DNA of 64,000 nt from Phoronis australis (taxonomy: Eukaryota > Animalia > Phoronida): the NCBI GenBank assembly GCA_002633005.1, contig NMRA01000533.1, positions 179,268 through 243,267 of the forward strand, in the 5' to 3' direction. Within the stretch, counting starts at the first letter, position 1. Every line of letters starts with the position of its first letter. A model generated the notes under the pieces. The model was not told the origin of the DNA. It did not search any database and was given only the letters and a program-made list of their open reading frames with translations. This document shows, piece by piece, positions 1 through 12,920 of the stretch. The position numbers and the translations under genes were made by a program.

Positions 1-307
1 ATACGCAATCGCCATGCCGAGAACTAACTCGGATACCCTTAGATCAGATACGTTACGTACAAGTACCCATGGCTAATCATTTCGGGTAACATTCCCGTTC
101 TTAATATTCAATTATAAGTGTGCTATAAAATATATGGTGCTACTGAAACCTTAAGCTCCTACTTATCGACCATTCTTAAATGTCTCTAACATCATGCGGC
201 ATAAATCTAAATATGCCGCGGAGGAGGTTTGGGCCGTTTTTCTACACTTCCGGCCTCTTCTTTTGCCCAATGGTGCGATGACGTTCACGTCCATGGCGTC
301 GTCACGG

Positions 308-3300
308 TCATCTGGGTGTGGTCCTATCTAACTGATTCCGGATGACATACGTTTTTTCAGATAGTCGTTCTAGGACACGCCAGTAGCCAGTCCACTTAGG
401 GTCCAGTTTGCTGGTTTTAGAATTATTTTTAAGGTATACAAGATCGCCAACTTCTAATTCAACTAAAAACTCTACCCTTATTCTCGGTTGCTAGTCTTTT
501 GTTCTGATGGTGTTTTATCACCCGATAAACTGTCCTAAAAANGCCAACTTCTAATTCAACTAAAACTCTACCCTTATTCTCGGTTGCTAGTCTTTTGTTC
601 TGATGGTGTTTTATCACCCTATAAACTGTCCTAAAAACTCTATGTTGGTTTTGTAAGATAACCTTATGTTCTTCCTCGCCCACGTATTTAGCACGTGGCC
701 GCATTATGTTATGTATAGGAAGTTTAGGATCTCTACCGAACATAAGAAAATAACTGCTATACCCAATATAATTGGTATGAAAATTTAAACATGACTCTGC
801 TTGACTGAGGTAAACATCCCATTGTTCTGGATTTTCACGACATAATTTACTCAAAACGTCACCGAGCACTTTGTGTGATCGTTCGATTCGGCCATTTGCT
901 TTTGGATTGTAGAAACTGGTGGTAAAATGCCGAATATTAAATGATTCCAATAAATCTTTTACTGTTTTGTTCACAAACTCAGAGCCGTTGTCCGAGACCA
1001 AAATGTTCATTATACCGAACCTGCAAAAGGTATCAGTAGTTAGGATTCGTGCAATTGTAGCGGCACTCTCATCCGGCATCGGATATAACAACGTATAATT
1101 TGAAAACCAATCAGTCTGAGTCAAAATATATCGATTACCACTGGGTGATGGTGTCATTGGACCGACACAACCTATTGCCACCTGTTGCCAAGGGCCGTTC
1201 ACAACATTGGACGCCCCTAGCGGAGATTTAACTGCTTTTAGGTTTCGTTCCTGGCAGGTAACGCATTCTGAAACATACTTCTCAATGTCTTTAAACATTC
1301 TAGGCCAGAAATAACTGTTTCTAGACGACTGATAGGTCCTATCTATCCCTGCATGTCCTAGATGATCATGATATTGTTTGATGACTAGCGACTGTAAATG
1401 TTCAGGAAAATACAGACGAATTTTAACGTCGCCGTGATCGTCAGAAACATAATACAGGACATTTTCTTTGAGTAAATACTTATTCCCAATTCTTTTGCTA
1501 GGCTTAGGAGACGACAGTTCATCAATTATTGTCCTGCACTCCTGATCTTTCTTTTGTTCCTCCTGCATATTCAATTCTAATTTAGGCATTTGCAATTCAG
1601 AGGTAAGATCAGGTATAGGAGGACTCTCCATTTCGTGAGACTTAGGATCTATTCTGCTGTTATCTACTACATTAACCTGCGCTATGGGAGCCTGAACCTC
1701 AAAAGTTCTATCATCTATATCTAGAGTTTCCTCGTCAATCGCATTATCGTCGTTGGAGGGCGCTCTGCTTAGCAAGTCAGCTATTGTGTTATCTTTGCCT
1801 GGAATATGTTTAATTTCAACATCATAAGCCGAGATGAGTACCGACCATTGCGCCACTTTCTTATTTTGTATGTCGCTTTTAAGCAAATAAATGAGGGGCA
1901 TATGGTCCGTGAAAAGCGTGATTTTGGAATTGTAAATGTAGCGTTCGAATTTCTTAAGGGCCATCAATACTGCGAAACATTCCTTTTCGATGGTTGCCCA
2001 ACGCTTTTGTGTGTCCGTCAGTTTTTGCGACATGAAGTAGATAGGTTTTTCAACACTCTCAATTGGACACTTTTGTACCAAACAGGCCCCAATTGCAAAA
2101 TCACTTGCATCAGTGTATATAATATAACATAACTTGGGATCAGGATAACTTAGCATCGGAACGGCGGAAAGGTGCTCTTTGATAAATTTGAAAGCGTGTT
2201 CGCATTCGGATGTCCATTTAAATCTGGCATACTTCTTGGTAAGTTCAGTCAATGGGGTCATAATGCCCGCTAAATTTGGGATAAATCTCCGATAGTATGA
2301 CAGGATCCTTTGCAGTGCCCTCACCTCTTTCACAGTGGTTGGTCGTTTCATTGATCTAATAGCCGAAATTTTGGCTGGATCGGGACGGATCCCTTCTTTA
2401 TCTACTATGAAACCCAGATAGCTCGTTTGAGGCTTGAGAAATTGGCATTTGGACAATTTCAACTTCAAATTGTGTTTTCTGAGGCGTTGGGAAACAATTT
2501 TCAGATGTTCGACGTGTTCATTGACACTTTTACTGTAAATAATGCAATCATCGATATAGGCTCGAGCAAAAGGGAGTCCCTCTAAAACAATTGACATGAG
2601 TTCCTGGAAAAAACTGGGACTATTGCAAAGTCCGAATGGCATAACTTGAAACTGGTACAGATTGTGACCAGCAGAAAACCCTGGAGAAAAGGCGGTCTTT
2701 TCCTTGTCATTAGGGTGCATTTGAATTTGCCAGAAACCACTACGTAAGTCTAATGAACTGTAAATACAAGAACCCCTCAGATCGTTTAATATGTCATCAA
2801 TTTTTGGAAGGAAAAACGAATAACCCTTAGTCACACTATTCAATTTTCTATAATCTACACAAAACCTCACACTACCATCCTTCTTAGTTACCAATACTAT
2901 AGGTGAACAAAAGTTGGATCTAGAAGGTTCTGTGACTTTTGCTGAAAGCATTTTATCCACTGCTTCTTTAGCTATTTGTTGCTTCGCTATCGGAAGTCGA
3001 TATGGCCTCTGCTTGACAACTGTGCCGTCCGGCACGTCTATGCGCATTTGTACAGTGCTCGTTCTCCCTAAATCGAGGTCTGTTGCCGCGAAAACATCGC
3101 TATTCTGCCTTAACAATTCTTTTACTAAGCTATTATATTCATCTGGTGTATCAATTTCGGATAAGTCTAACTCTTGTTTACTCACTGACTGGATTGAGGC
3201 TGGTTTATCTAATACACTAACTATGTTTACATTGCGTAACTCTTCAACCTGTCCTACCGCAACTCCTCGTTTTATTTTAATGTATCGGCCAGAATTATTA

Positions 3301-3959
3301 ATTATTTCTACCGGGAATTTACCAGCCTTGCCCGGCTTTATCACTGCGTTTGAAATGGACAATCCAGGTTCTGAATTTAGGAATCCGGTTGTTAAAGGTG
3401 ACACTTGGAAGATTTGTTGTCTTTTACTACCCCTGGCTGCGCAGCTTCTGGCACGACATACAACCTTGGAATAAGGTCTAACTATAATTTCTTTGATCAC
3501 TCTAACATAAGATTTAACCAGTGAATCCTGAATTAGGGGTGTGTAAAATTCTCTTATCCTTAACATTCTAAGATCAAAATAGACACGACAATTATTCTTG
3601 TGAAGAAAATCTTTCCCAATTATCATTCTTCGATTCACATCTCGGATCACTACAAATTCATGTTTGAGAATATTGTTTCCAATTTTTAAGTTCAACAGGA
3701 CACAAGCGAGAACATTCAAACGTTGATTATTTGCTGTCTGAACTACAGGTTTTCGTTTGACTATTTCTACTAAGCCTTTTCGCTTAAGCTCCTCAAATGT
3801 AACTTCCGATATAACGGATATTGCAGCACCCGAGTCAATTAATGCCCTGACTCGTGTCTGTCCCACCTGTACTTGAATACTATCCTCGCTTCCCAAAAAA
3901 CACAAAGTTACAACATCATCCTGACCCGCGGAAGCTCTCGAGTCAGTGCACGTTAGTTT
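308..3959 (-). CDS. pol: Ty3/Gypsy pol (protease-RT-RNaseH-integrase) of Gypsy element 1
   Basis: ORF 459..3905 has ALIDSGA (protease), FCVDYRKLN, LDLRSGFWQ, MPFGL, AYIDD (RT), TDAS/TDH (RNase H), GHAG..C-x2-C, SDNG and NGRIER (integrase). The frame is open upstream to 3959. Removing the duplicate around the N at 542 lets it continue VGDLVYLK..KLDPKWTGYWRV (GPY/F module) to TGA at 308-310. Confidence 0.95.
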
Positions 3960-3962
3960 CCC
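3921..3962 (-). promoter_or_regulatory. -1 programmed ribosomal frameshift signal (G GGA AAC slippery site plus downstream hairpin)
   Basis: Minus strand reads CAG GGA AAC TAA; the heptamer is at 3962-3956. pol is in the -1 frame and open from here. A CTGACTCG...CGGGTCAG stem starts 9 nt downstream. Confidence 0.85.
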
Positions 3963-4888
3963 TGGGGTTTAGCATCGTTTGGCGTGGTATCAGCGGGGCT
4001 TGGGTTGCCGGTGTAGTTAACTGGATTTTGATTTGCCCGGGCAGCTAAAAACCTTTTAAAACTGAAACAGTCACGTTTCATGTGACCAGGTTTTTTGCAA
4101 AAGAAACATCTGATCGGTTCTTTTTCTAGGGCGTTGACGGTTCTGGGCCGCGCCCGACAGTCCCTTGTTCTATGATTTGTTCTGTTGCAAATTCTACATC
4201 TTTGAGGAGGGGCTATTTTGTCAACGTCCATGGGGCTGATTTCCCTGTTATCGCCCGGTTTTAAATTCATTCGTGTCCATAGATGTATTTCTTGGACAGC
4301 AACTTTAAGGGCGTCTCTGAAAGTTGTTGGGCCTGAACGTAGGACGTGTTCTCTTATTCTCGCGTCCCGGAGCCCATCCACAAAAAACCCAATTAATTGT
4401 TCCTGTAGAACGTCCAATGCCGCCTGATCATCGAATGCCTCGCGCGCTGCCGACAACAGTCGCTCGCCATACATTTGCACGCTTTCGTTTGGTCGTTGCT
4501 TAATTGATTTCAATCGACCAAATGCCAAACTTTTATCAGTGATAGGAGCAAAACGTAACTTAAGTTCTGCTTTAAACTGCTCATACGTGCATTGTGGGTG
4601 GTCTGTCATATAACGTTTAATGAATGCCGAAACCTCACCCCCCGATCTTTGATATGCAATTAGGATTTGTTTCCTGGGATCCATATTGGGAAAAATTACG
4701 GCCATCTTTTCTATCTCGCTCACCCAGGCTCGAAACCCATGGACATCTCCTGAGAAAACGGGGATATTTGACGCCAATGACGTTTCGCTCATGGAATTCA
4801 TAGCATCGGTAACATCTCTGGTGAAATTACCAGCAAGCCCCGTTAAAAATTCGGCTAAATCTACAGTAGCTTGTTGCTGCTGTGCCAT
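3953..4888 (-). CDS. gag: Ty3/Gypsy gag of element 1 with two CCHC zinc knuckles
   Basis: Intact 311-aa ORF with retrotransposon-gag-like core (IKQRPNESVQMYGERL..FFVDGL), PMDVD motif, and CRICNRTNHRTRDC and CFFCKKPGHMKRDC knuckles; directly upstream of pol. Confidence 0.93.
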   Translation of the reverse strand: MAQQQQATVDLAEFLTGLAGNFTRDVTDAMNSMSETSLASNIPVFSGDVHGFRAWVSEIEKMAVIFPNMDPRKQILIAYQRSGGEVSAFIKRYMTDHPQCTYEQFKAELKLRFAPITDKSLAFGRLKSIKQRPNESVQMYGERLLSAAREAFDDQAALDVLQEQLIGFFVDGLRDARIREHVLRSGPTTFRDALKVAVQEIHLWTRMNLKPGDNREISPMDVDKIAPPQRCRICNRTNHRTRDCRARPRTVNALEKEPIRCFFCKKPGHMKRDCFSFKRFLAARANQNPVNYTGNPSPADTTPNDAKPQGN

Positions 4889-4983
4889 ACTGCTCAGTGA
4901 TCAGATTATGCTAACTACTAAACTTCTTAGATATCTCGTCTCGTTCACGATAAAGTCAGTCTCAAAACGCAAACACCGGGTAG

Positions 4984-5002
4984 AATCCGGGCCACGGCAC
5001 CA
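4984..5002 (-). other. Primer-binding site complementary to tRNA-His 3' end
   Basis: Minus strand TGGTGCCGTGGCCCGGATT versus the complement of the tRNA-His(GUG) 3' end TGGTGCCGTGACTCGGATT; ~100 nt upstream of gag. Confidence 0.8.
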
Positions 5003-5806
5003 AAAAGGACTCGTGTGGTATATCAATGCGTGTTGTGGCCGATAAATGGCGCGCACGTGGTAAAAAAACAACACACGAATACTTTAACAATAGAATACGT
5101 CTATTAATTTGCAGCGTTGTGATTTACAAATTAAAGATTACAATAAGTTGTGTGACTGACGACTAACTGATTGAGACAAGATATCATTACTAGAAAACTA
5201 TTAATCAACAGCGCCACTGGTTCCCGTAGCTACCGCACACGTTAACACAAAACAAGTCACAACAGAACTAACCCTCCAGAACAATCACTAGCCAGTTCAA
5301 ATTGACTAACAGGCTGAGACCAACGCCCGTGATAAATGTCTATACCTCAGATGTTCTTTTCTCTTGACTCTTTGGTCACTGAAGTCGTTCGTCCGGCTTC
5401 GTCTTAGAAGTTTGAAGGTTGTCTTCCTGCTCTGGAGTCGTGCCCCGTAGTTAGAAGTTTTGATCTAAGGTGGATCCAGTCTGCCCTGGTCTCGAGAGCC
5501 AGTGCTTTAAATACTAAACTAAGTGGCATCACGGATGGACCCACTCTGTATGTACATATATGCCCATCTCTCTATGACGAGCTGAATATAACGAGCTAAC
5601 TGACCACACGATGGACTCACTCTGCATGTACATATATGTCCATCTCAAAATTCTAGCATAGCTGCCACTATTCCTGTATTATTACATAACTGCCTCTATT
5701 CCTGGGTTTTCAACATCAGAGCACTATCCCTGGATTTAATTACTTCAGAGATAGCATATCCCCTGAAATTTATTGCACATGGAGGGCATGGCCTCATTAT
5801 ATTACA
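5003..5806 (-). repeat. Probable 5' LTR of Gypsy element 1 (boundaries approximate; partner LTR not in window)
   Basis: Lies upstream of the PBS; candidate TGTAAT start at 5806; TATTTAAA near 5510; internal ~40-nt direct repeat (5530-5570 / 5606-5646) and short ACTATTCCTG-like repeats. Confidence 0.5.
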
Positions 5807-6151
5807 TTGGTCGAGCTGTTGTCACTAAAAATAAACTGGTGAATTACTTTTTGACGTGTACGTCTAATATACACTATGTCTGTAGAGTTACAGAGAGCTC
5901 ATTCTGGAGTTGTTCAAACATGATATTTAGATTTATGAAGCCTTAAAAACTAATTTGAGTTATTTTTGTAAATACCCTACTTTTGACACTACCACACCAC
6001 ACTTGTAATCTTTTGTAACCATACCACGATTTAGTGATCATGCTACCTTCAAAATTAAATGGAAGATACCTTTATGGAATGAAACAAAAAACGCCAAGTT
6101 CATAAGAAGGTAGGCCTAAGTTAAATGTCTAATGGTGCAAACGGACAATTC

Positions 6152-6477
6152 CATAGGCGGATTTAGGGGGGAGGGGCTGGGGCCCCTCCCCCCCTTGGCT
6201 GCCGAAAGCAAAATGAAACAGCAAGAGCGTGAGGATATATTGAGTTCAATAACTAGGACCGGTAGCGGAAGATGGGGGCTCAGACCCCAGATCGCTGCGG
6301 AGTGGTGTTCCTGCTTTTTTTAGTCCAGCGATAGATATTCTGAACAGAAGATCCAACGGTCTACATCCCTGGCCCCAGTAACTTTCAGGCCGCCTGTGCA
6401 CATACAAGCGCATTTTTCCCAATTCCACAGGCAACATATTTTGCCCCCCCCCCTGTGGTATCCTAGATCCGCCACTG
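6152..6477. mobile_element. Non-autonomous TIR element (MITE, hAT-like CAGTGGCGGATCTAG ends)
   Basis: Ends CATAGGCGGATTTAG...CTAGATCCGCCACTG; a related copy in opposite orientation is at 38007-38278. Confidence 0.7.
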
Positions 6478-9400
6478 CCTTCCAGGCATTAATTTTACTT
6501 AGACACAGCCCTAGACCTACAGGAGGTAACTGTTTGCCCAGGACGAGATGAGTGTGTACCTGAGCTATGAGCTATGAACCTGAATTTTTTGATCAAATTA
6601 TTTCGTTACAAGATTAGAAAAGCTATCGAGTCGATCTAGTCAGAGACTATAGTGCATGCGCTGTCTGTAATCTATGACCTACTTTAGTCCAGGAGTCCCA
6701 CCAGTTGTAACCTACTTTTCATTTGGCGAAATTTAGCAGACAACAGAATAAAAATATCGGTGAATCTTCACTGATTTTATTCGTAACATCATGAAACCTA
6801 TGGAATTGTACAGATAATTCGACTAATAGGTACATACCCAGCTTTAAATGAACATATCCTATCAGTGGCCTTGTCATTTGTCAGGTGAAGGTGGCCCCGA
6901 GACCGAGGGGTTCTTCGGATTTTCGCTGGCTCCTCGAGCACATATTTTTCATCGCCACCTTTACAAATTCCCATATCATGAACGTAAGTTTCACTGTTGA
7001 AAAGCGTCGCCTCTTATCTCTGTCAACGCGTTTTCAAATAGTGCAAAAACAATCATCGATTCCATCAGGAACGTCGTTTAGCGAAAGTGTATTTGCCTCA
7101 GACATCTCGTTCGAATGTCGGGTATAATGTGACTTTTCGCATAGGGGCGGAGGTTGCTATAGGTCAATTCGAAGGTTGAAGGCAAGCGGCATTAGTAAAC
7201 ATTGGATTATGGACAATGCAACAAGTTTTGGAGGAAACCGTGAAAGTTTTCTTTACATTTGATCTTTAATTTGACTCGTGACGTTAACAAGTTGTATTAG
7301 GTTGGTTGCTTCCCGATAAATACAACGCTGTATTCATTTTGTAAACGCGGCTTTTTTTCGCAGTCTTCGCCCACAATAGATTTTGTTTGTGTAACGCCAA
7401 AATGCATCATTTTTGCTTTTTAAGTTATTCACCGGTCTCCTTTCACGCGCCCATGATCATGGATTAGTGAGTGAGTTGGTACACCGCGAAGAGTTCTCAC
7501 TCCAGTGATTTTATTTTCATAGTATTGACCGTTGCAGTCCAGTATGCCCTAAACCCACGGACTTCGATGACTCTAACTTCGAAATCATACTATGGTTACG
7601 ATTTTCACGAATTACATGTAAGACATCAAACACGGAATGACCACTGTTGAGGATACAGCCAATAGTAGCTTTGCACATTCTGTTTTCATGTATCGGTGAC
7701 GTTAAAATCTGGGCTAGTTACATGTACACGTAGGCTCCTACCAGTTAGTCGTTCACGTTGATCCAAAAATAAAAATTTACTGTCAACAACATATTGACAA
7801 ATTATGTAAAATATAAAAATTGTGAACGGGAAGATGTGAATACGTGGTGAAGAGGTATTTGTCTCTACGCGGTATACATGTATGTGCTTGAATCTTTGGT
7901 AAAGCGATTGCGATGGCAAAAATGATAGAAAATACATCAAAGTGCAATTTTGAGAAGCAAATCGTCTGGTGATATTGATAGCGGATGATCTGGCCACCTT
8001 AGGTAGTACGTGACGCTGAATGAGAAGCAGCAACTACATGTTTTGCGCGAAAATAAAAAATCATGCTTGTATCGCCACACCTCCCCGAGTTTTGCACATT
8101 CTAATGAGGCACCACTCGAGAGTTGGTTCCGTTTCAGTCCTAAAATCGCAGAATAATTCTTCCGTGCTCAGCTGTAAGAAACAATGCAATTTATTGAAAC
8201 GGTGCTGAGTCTTAAAAAAGTTTCCAGCATGAGGACGCTTTATCAGAAATGCCAAGCACACTCAGTGTTGTAAGACAGAGACGTTGGCGTTTCCGTAAGT
8301 CCACAAAAGTGCTTTGAGCACTGTGCACAAATTTGTTCATTTCGCTTTTCTTCACTGACGACTATGGTCAACACTTTTTTTTAAAAAGTACACTTTTGAG
8401 GGCATTTTCAGAAATAAATGTTTGGTTGATGAATTCAGCGAGTCGGTGCCCACGGGCAGAAAACGGTATCTGCGTAAAGAAAGAGTTGCGTTTTCAAAAC
8501 ATTCAGAGCATGAGCTCAAGGACTACCTGAGAAAAAAGTAAAACCGAATACCAAACAAAAACTCGTCCAATGAATATATAGCTCTTGGAAAACTGTTGCC
8601 CCGAAAAAATGTGCAAAATACGAACGTCATTTGCGGAAGGTTGTACCAGAAGTGATTCGTTGCAGTGGAGCCGCCACCGGATAGTAAAACACTGTCCTGT
8701 GCACTAGTTAGCTGAACGGAAAGCTGAAGCGGGAAAATCCAGAACACAAATTTGCTGTTCAGGAATGGAAATCTCTGTAGAATCAAAAAAAACAATTGAC
8801 AACCAGGATTTATTGCGTCAGAAAACTTATCACGCCAGGATAGAAATGTTTGCATACCGGAGACTATAATGATGACAATCCAGTGTGTACCTATACAGTG
8901 GCAGGTGTTTTGTGCAATGGGCCCAACCATGAGGCCTGCGCACGTCTGATGCACCGCAAATGACATCAGACCACCTGCACTGTTTTTTTTTTATACAGTG
9001 GCACCTATTGTAAAACGTGGATTAGACGACAGAAATTCAACCGCATTCCAAGATTATATGTCTCGTCGGCAAGAGGTTGAACATTTAGCCTTTGTATGGA
9101 CATTATCACTTTGAAGGATCAATGCTTGGGGATGGTGACGTGGTTTTCTGGCGTGTAAAGTTACTGACGTGGTATGATTTTGAACCTGGTTTATTAAATT
9201 TTCAGTTCGGTCGTATTTTATTTTGATCCTGAAGTGAAGAATTTTTGGTCCTCACTTGATAAATTATAGGTGCTGATGTGATAAACTTCAGTCTTGACGT
9301 AGTGAATTTTGGTCTTTGTTTGTTCTTTGGTCTTCTGTGTGAAAAAAATCTCAATATATTGGATTGTTTTAATTCCTACTTAAGTAAATTTTCTGGTTTT

Positions 9401-12095
9401 GAGATATTTAGTTTTGCTCCTAGAGAGTTAACATTTTTTGCTTGGTTTAAATCTTGCATGAAAATATATGTCGTTAAATGTTGCAAATTAGGCCTCACAT
9501 AAATGTGGGAGAGCAAGTTGTGTAGCATTGTTCTGTGTAACTTCTTATATAAATCTAGGTGTTCGTGATTTAGTATTACTATGAAAAATGAGTAGTTATG
9601 ACTCTGAAAATGAGTAGTTGTGGATTCTTTTGAAATACTGTATCCTTTGTATATGCCTGGCGACGATGGCTCAGTGTGTAAGCCTTATTATCCTCTATGG
9701 CTTAACAACTATATATCTTCATTCATGCCTGTAATAGAGGTACTCCCAGGATCAAAAAGCATGTGTGTGTATGTTTTTAGTCTAATGAGGCGTGCTTCGA
9801 ATGTACAATTAGTAATCATACTTTTACAGTGGTTCATAACAAACGGATTCATTAAATCCAGTAAATATTTTTTGCAACTGCCGATATGCATATTAGACAT
9901 GTATATTGCATCATACCTCATCAGAGTAAAACTTGTTATCAATCATAGTAGAAACATTTATTTTTATCATTGCCACAAGACGTTAACAAACGCAGTCAGT
10001 GTCTGTAACTGTTGTGTCTACATTGCTGATGAATTAAAGTCGGTCTAATTCCATTTTTATATCACTGATTCATGCCAAAGGTTTGAAATTGCGCCCCCTT
10101 AAGAGTTTTGACTTGCCCTGGTGATCACTAGAATCCGATGCAATAAACTTATAGAAGTTGTTTTTTAACCAGGGTAATAGAGCTGAAAATTTTGTGCGTT
10201 TTCGTTTGCGAGAGTGTTCTTTTTGAATCACTGGGTTAATAATTTTTACGCTCTACATGAAAACACAGACAAGTTTTTTAGGATTACCTGTACCAGGTTA
10301 CCCCGAAAATATTATTTTCAAAGTTTTACCCCCTGGAGTATACGCGAAACGCCAACAATTGTGTTCTTACGCCAAAGGGCTCGGAAGGCTCTAGCCTTGG
10401 TACGAAGGTGTTTACTAAATTAAATATACAAATTTGCGCCGTTGTGGGTAAAAACTGACCGAATAAAATCTTCCTAGAATAATCTAAATTATTTACCAGC
10501 GTTGCAAAATTTGGTTTTCTACAATTATTCTGCTGCTAAAATTAGGGTATAACCTTTTGCGTCGACTTTCGACGCAATGAAATATTGCGTCACCTATTAG
10601 TCAGTTTCTTTTTCCCAGATTCTTCAATCAAACGTTCTCCCTCGAGGTTGCGTAAACGTCAAGACAAATGATCAGAATTGGTTTCACTTCATTATATGTT
10701 TTTGGAATTTTGATATCAGTGAACCAAATTTTGCTGAGATGTTGTCACCATATAATGGGAGATGTCGAAAACATTTTGAAAGCGGCGCGTGTCACGAATG
10801 AACTCTTTTCAAAACGACGACATACGTTTTTTCGTTACAAAAGGCAGAGAATTACGCAAGAAGATGACGTCGGATGTTTTTCGTTTAAACGGCCGTAACG
10901 GGCAACTTGAATGCCAATTGGCTTCCAGAGTTTGCATGCAAACTCGCCGGTCTTGAGCTCATGTTGATACAAGCTTTTCGACGAGGTGACAAGCGTACAT
11001 GTAACTATCCGGGCTGTGTGAAATTTCGAGGTCTGTTTGAGCTCAATACGCAGTGGCACCTTGCTGTATTTTGAAAATAGTCTTCACAGCTAGCTGGCTA
11101 GATAGGAAGGCTCTAGCTTGGAAAATTTTTTTACTGCGAAAGTGACAACAATTTCAGAATGATGATGGATGATGGATTACACTATAAACCGATCACAGTC
11201 TTCCGTTTTCATGCGCCCATGATTTAATATCGGCGCTATGTTCAAACCATTGTTTATATTGTTCCTAAAATAAACTTGAGTTCTATTGCTGTACCAACAT
11301 ATTAAGAAATTATACAGAAATAAACAATAATTATCTGTGGTAAAGTGCAATATACATCGTGACGAAGTGATGATCAAGAGCAATAACGGATGAGCGCAAA
11401 TGCGTGCTGCTTGTTGAGCAATCAGCGGCATGAAAACATTTGAGGTCGTAAAATATCCAGTGTTGTATTCTGATTTTTATGCAATTTTGCTGTAAATTTC
11501 AAATTTTGTGCTTGTTTTTATGCATAATGCACTGCATAAAAAGTCTGATATGTAAAGTTAGAAATTATTTTTCCGCTATATCACTTAACGTTTGATTTTA
11601 CCACGCCGTCATTAATTCAACATAAGGTATTCGGCTTGTGTAATGCCAAGCACTTCGTATTTGTAGGTTGATTCGATTTTACATCCATTTAATAGTTGAA
11701 CAAAATTTGATAAACCGATGTCAAGACCGGAGTTGCCACTGGTAAACGAACAGCGAACAGTTAAATGTTTGTTTGTCCAAAGTTCACCCGCTAAGTCATA
11801 AAATGCTAATTGCCGACCAAGGACACGCTTAAAGACATAGTTTCACACCAAAACAACTGCTTTTCAACTCAAAGAATAGCATTGCAGGAGCCCGTTACTT
11901 GGGCTAGTTACTGTCCGCACAGCGTGATTAATTAGATCAGCCCAGCAGTAATGACCTTTTCCGACTTCAGCCGAGTCAATTCTGAAAACAGACTAGGCGG
12001 TTACATAAGCGTCTGTGATGTTGAGTCCGGAAGACAACTGTGTTGTAGGAATGAACTCGGCTGGTAAACCTCAGTCACACAAGGCAGAAACCAAC

Positions 12096-12338
12096 ATGGA
12101 TTACGAAAGCTTTAGCGACGAGCCTTCCAACGACGAGGAAATTTTAGACAATCTTTTGTGACGATGAAGCGTCGGATACAGACAATATGCACAACGACCA
12201 TCGTGAGCGTGTTCTTGACAACATAAACGGGCCCTGCAGGTTCGAACCAGTACCTGCAAGTGTCCCGGTCGCTTTGGATGAAGAGACAGCGGCGGATCCC
12301 GAAGACAATGACCGCACAACTTCAGATGTTTTATCATG
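12096..12338 (+). pseudogene. First-exon remnant of Kolobok-type accessory ORF (acidic N-terminus, PxxFEP motif)
   Basis: MDYESFSDEPSNDEEIL, frameshift, then DDEASDT..NGPCRFEPV..DRTTSDVLS followed by donor-like sequence. Confidence 0.5.
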
Positions 12339-12920
12339 TTAGGTAAATGGAAAACAAAAACAATGCCGCGAGTTTGAATGCGAATATGTTTATTTTCGAT
12401 TTATTTATAATACCCGGTACTTCAAGTTAAATAAAAAGCAATTTCAAACATCGGGACTGGTAGACGGATAAACTGCGATATGCAAAACTATTTGCCGTTT
12501 TGTCCTACGTTTCTTGATTTGCGTAGGTTGAAAGCAAGGTGGGATAAGTTTTTTTGTAGGTTATGGATTGCAATTTGTATTTTATGACAAAAGTTTATTT
12601 TTGATTTTAGCTCTATTTTAAGTAATTACTGAACAGAGAGGGGGTCGAAACCATTAAAAATCACCCGCACTCGAATTAATTTAATCCCCATAATGTTTAT
12701 TTAATTGCAAAAATACGACAGGTAAGTAGCATTCAACCAACTACACACAATTATGTTGCAAAAATCGTAATTCAAAAGAAAAGCGGCTTCCGACAGTGTC
12801 GTTCGATGTTATACGCCATTAGTAATGTTGTTCGCTTACTAGTACGTGTGGCCCAAGGCCTACTAGTTTCCGCGAAGCGACAGCTACACAGTTTTGAATA
12901 TTATCTAAAATTTCACTTAC

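Noticed and set aside
446-640. Apparent tandem repeat at the C-terminus of pol (FRTVYRVIKHH.. twice)
   Set aside because: The two copies flank a single N at 542, typical of unmerged contig overlap; removing one restores the GPY/F module.
4984-5045. tRNA-His gene
   Set aside because: Only the 3' end and the anticodon segment match, in the wrong order; this is a primer-binding site.
1806-5045. Plus-strand ORFs of 64-186 aa
   Set aside because: Antisense shadows of Gypsy gag/pol.
9880-9935. CTGATGA core on the minus strand near the Penelope-like fragment (possible hammerhead ribozyme)
   Set aside because: No stem II followed by GAAA could be formed.
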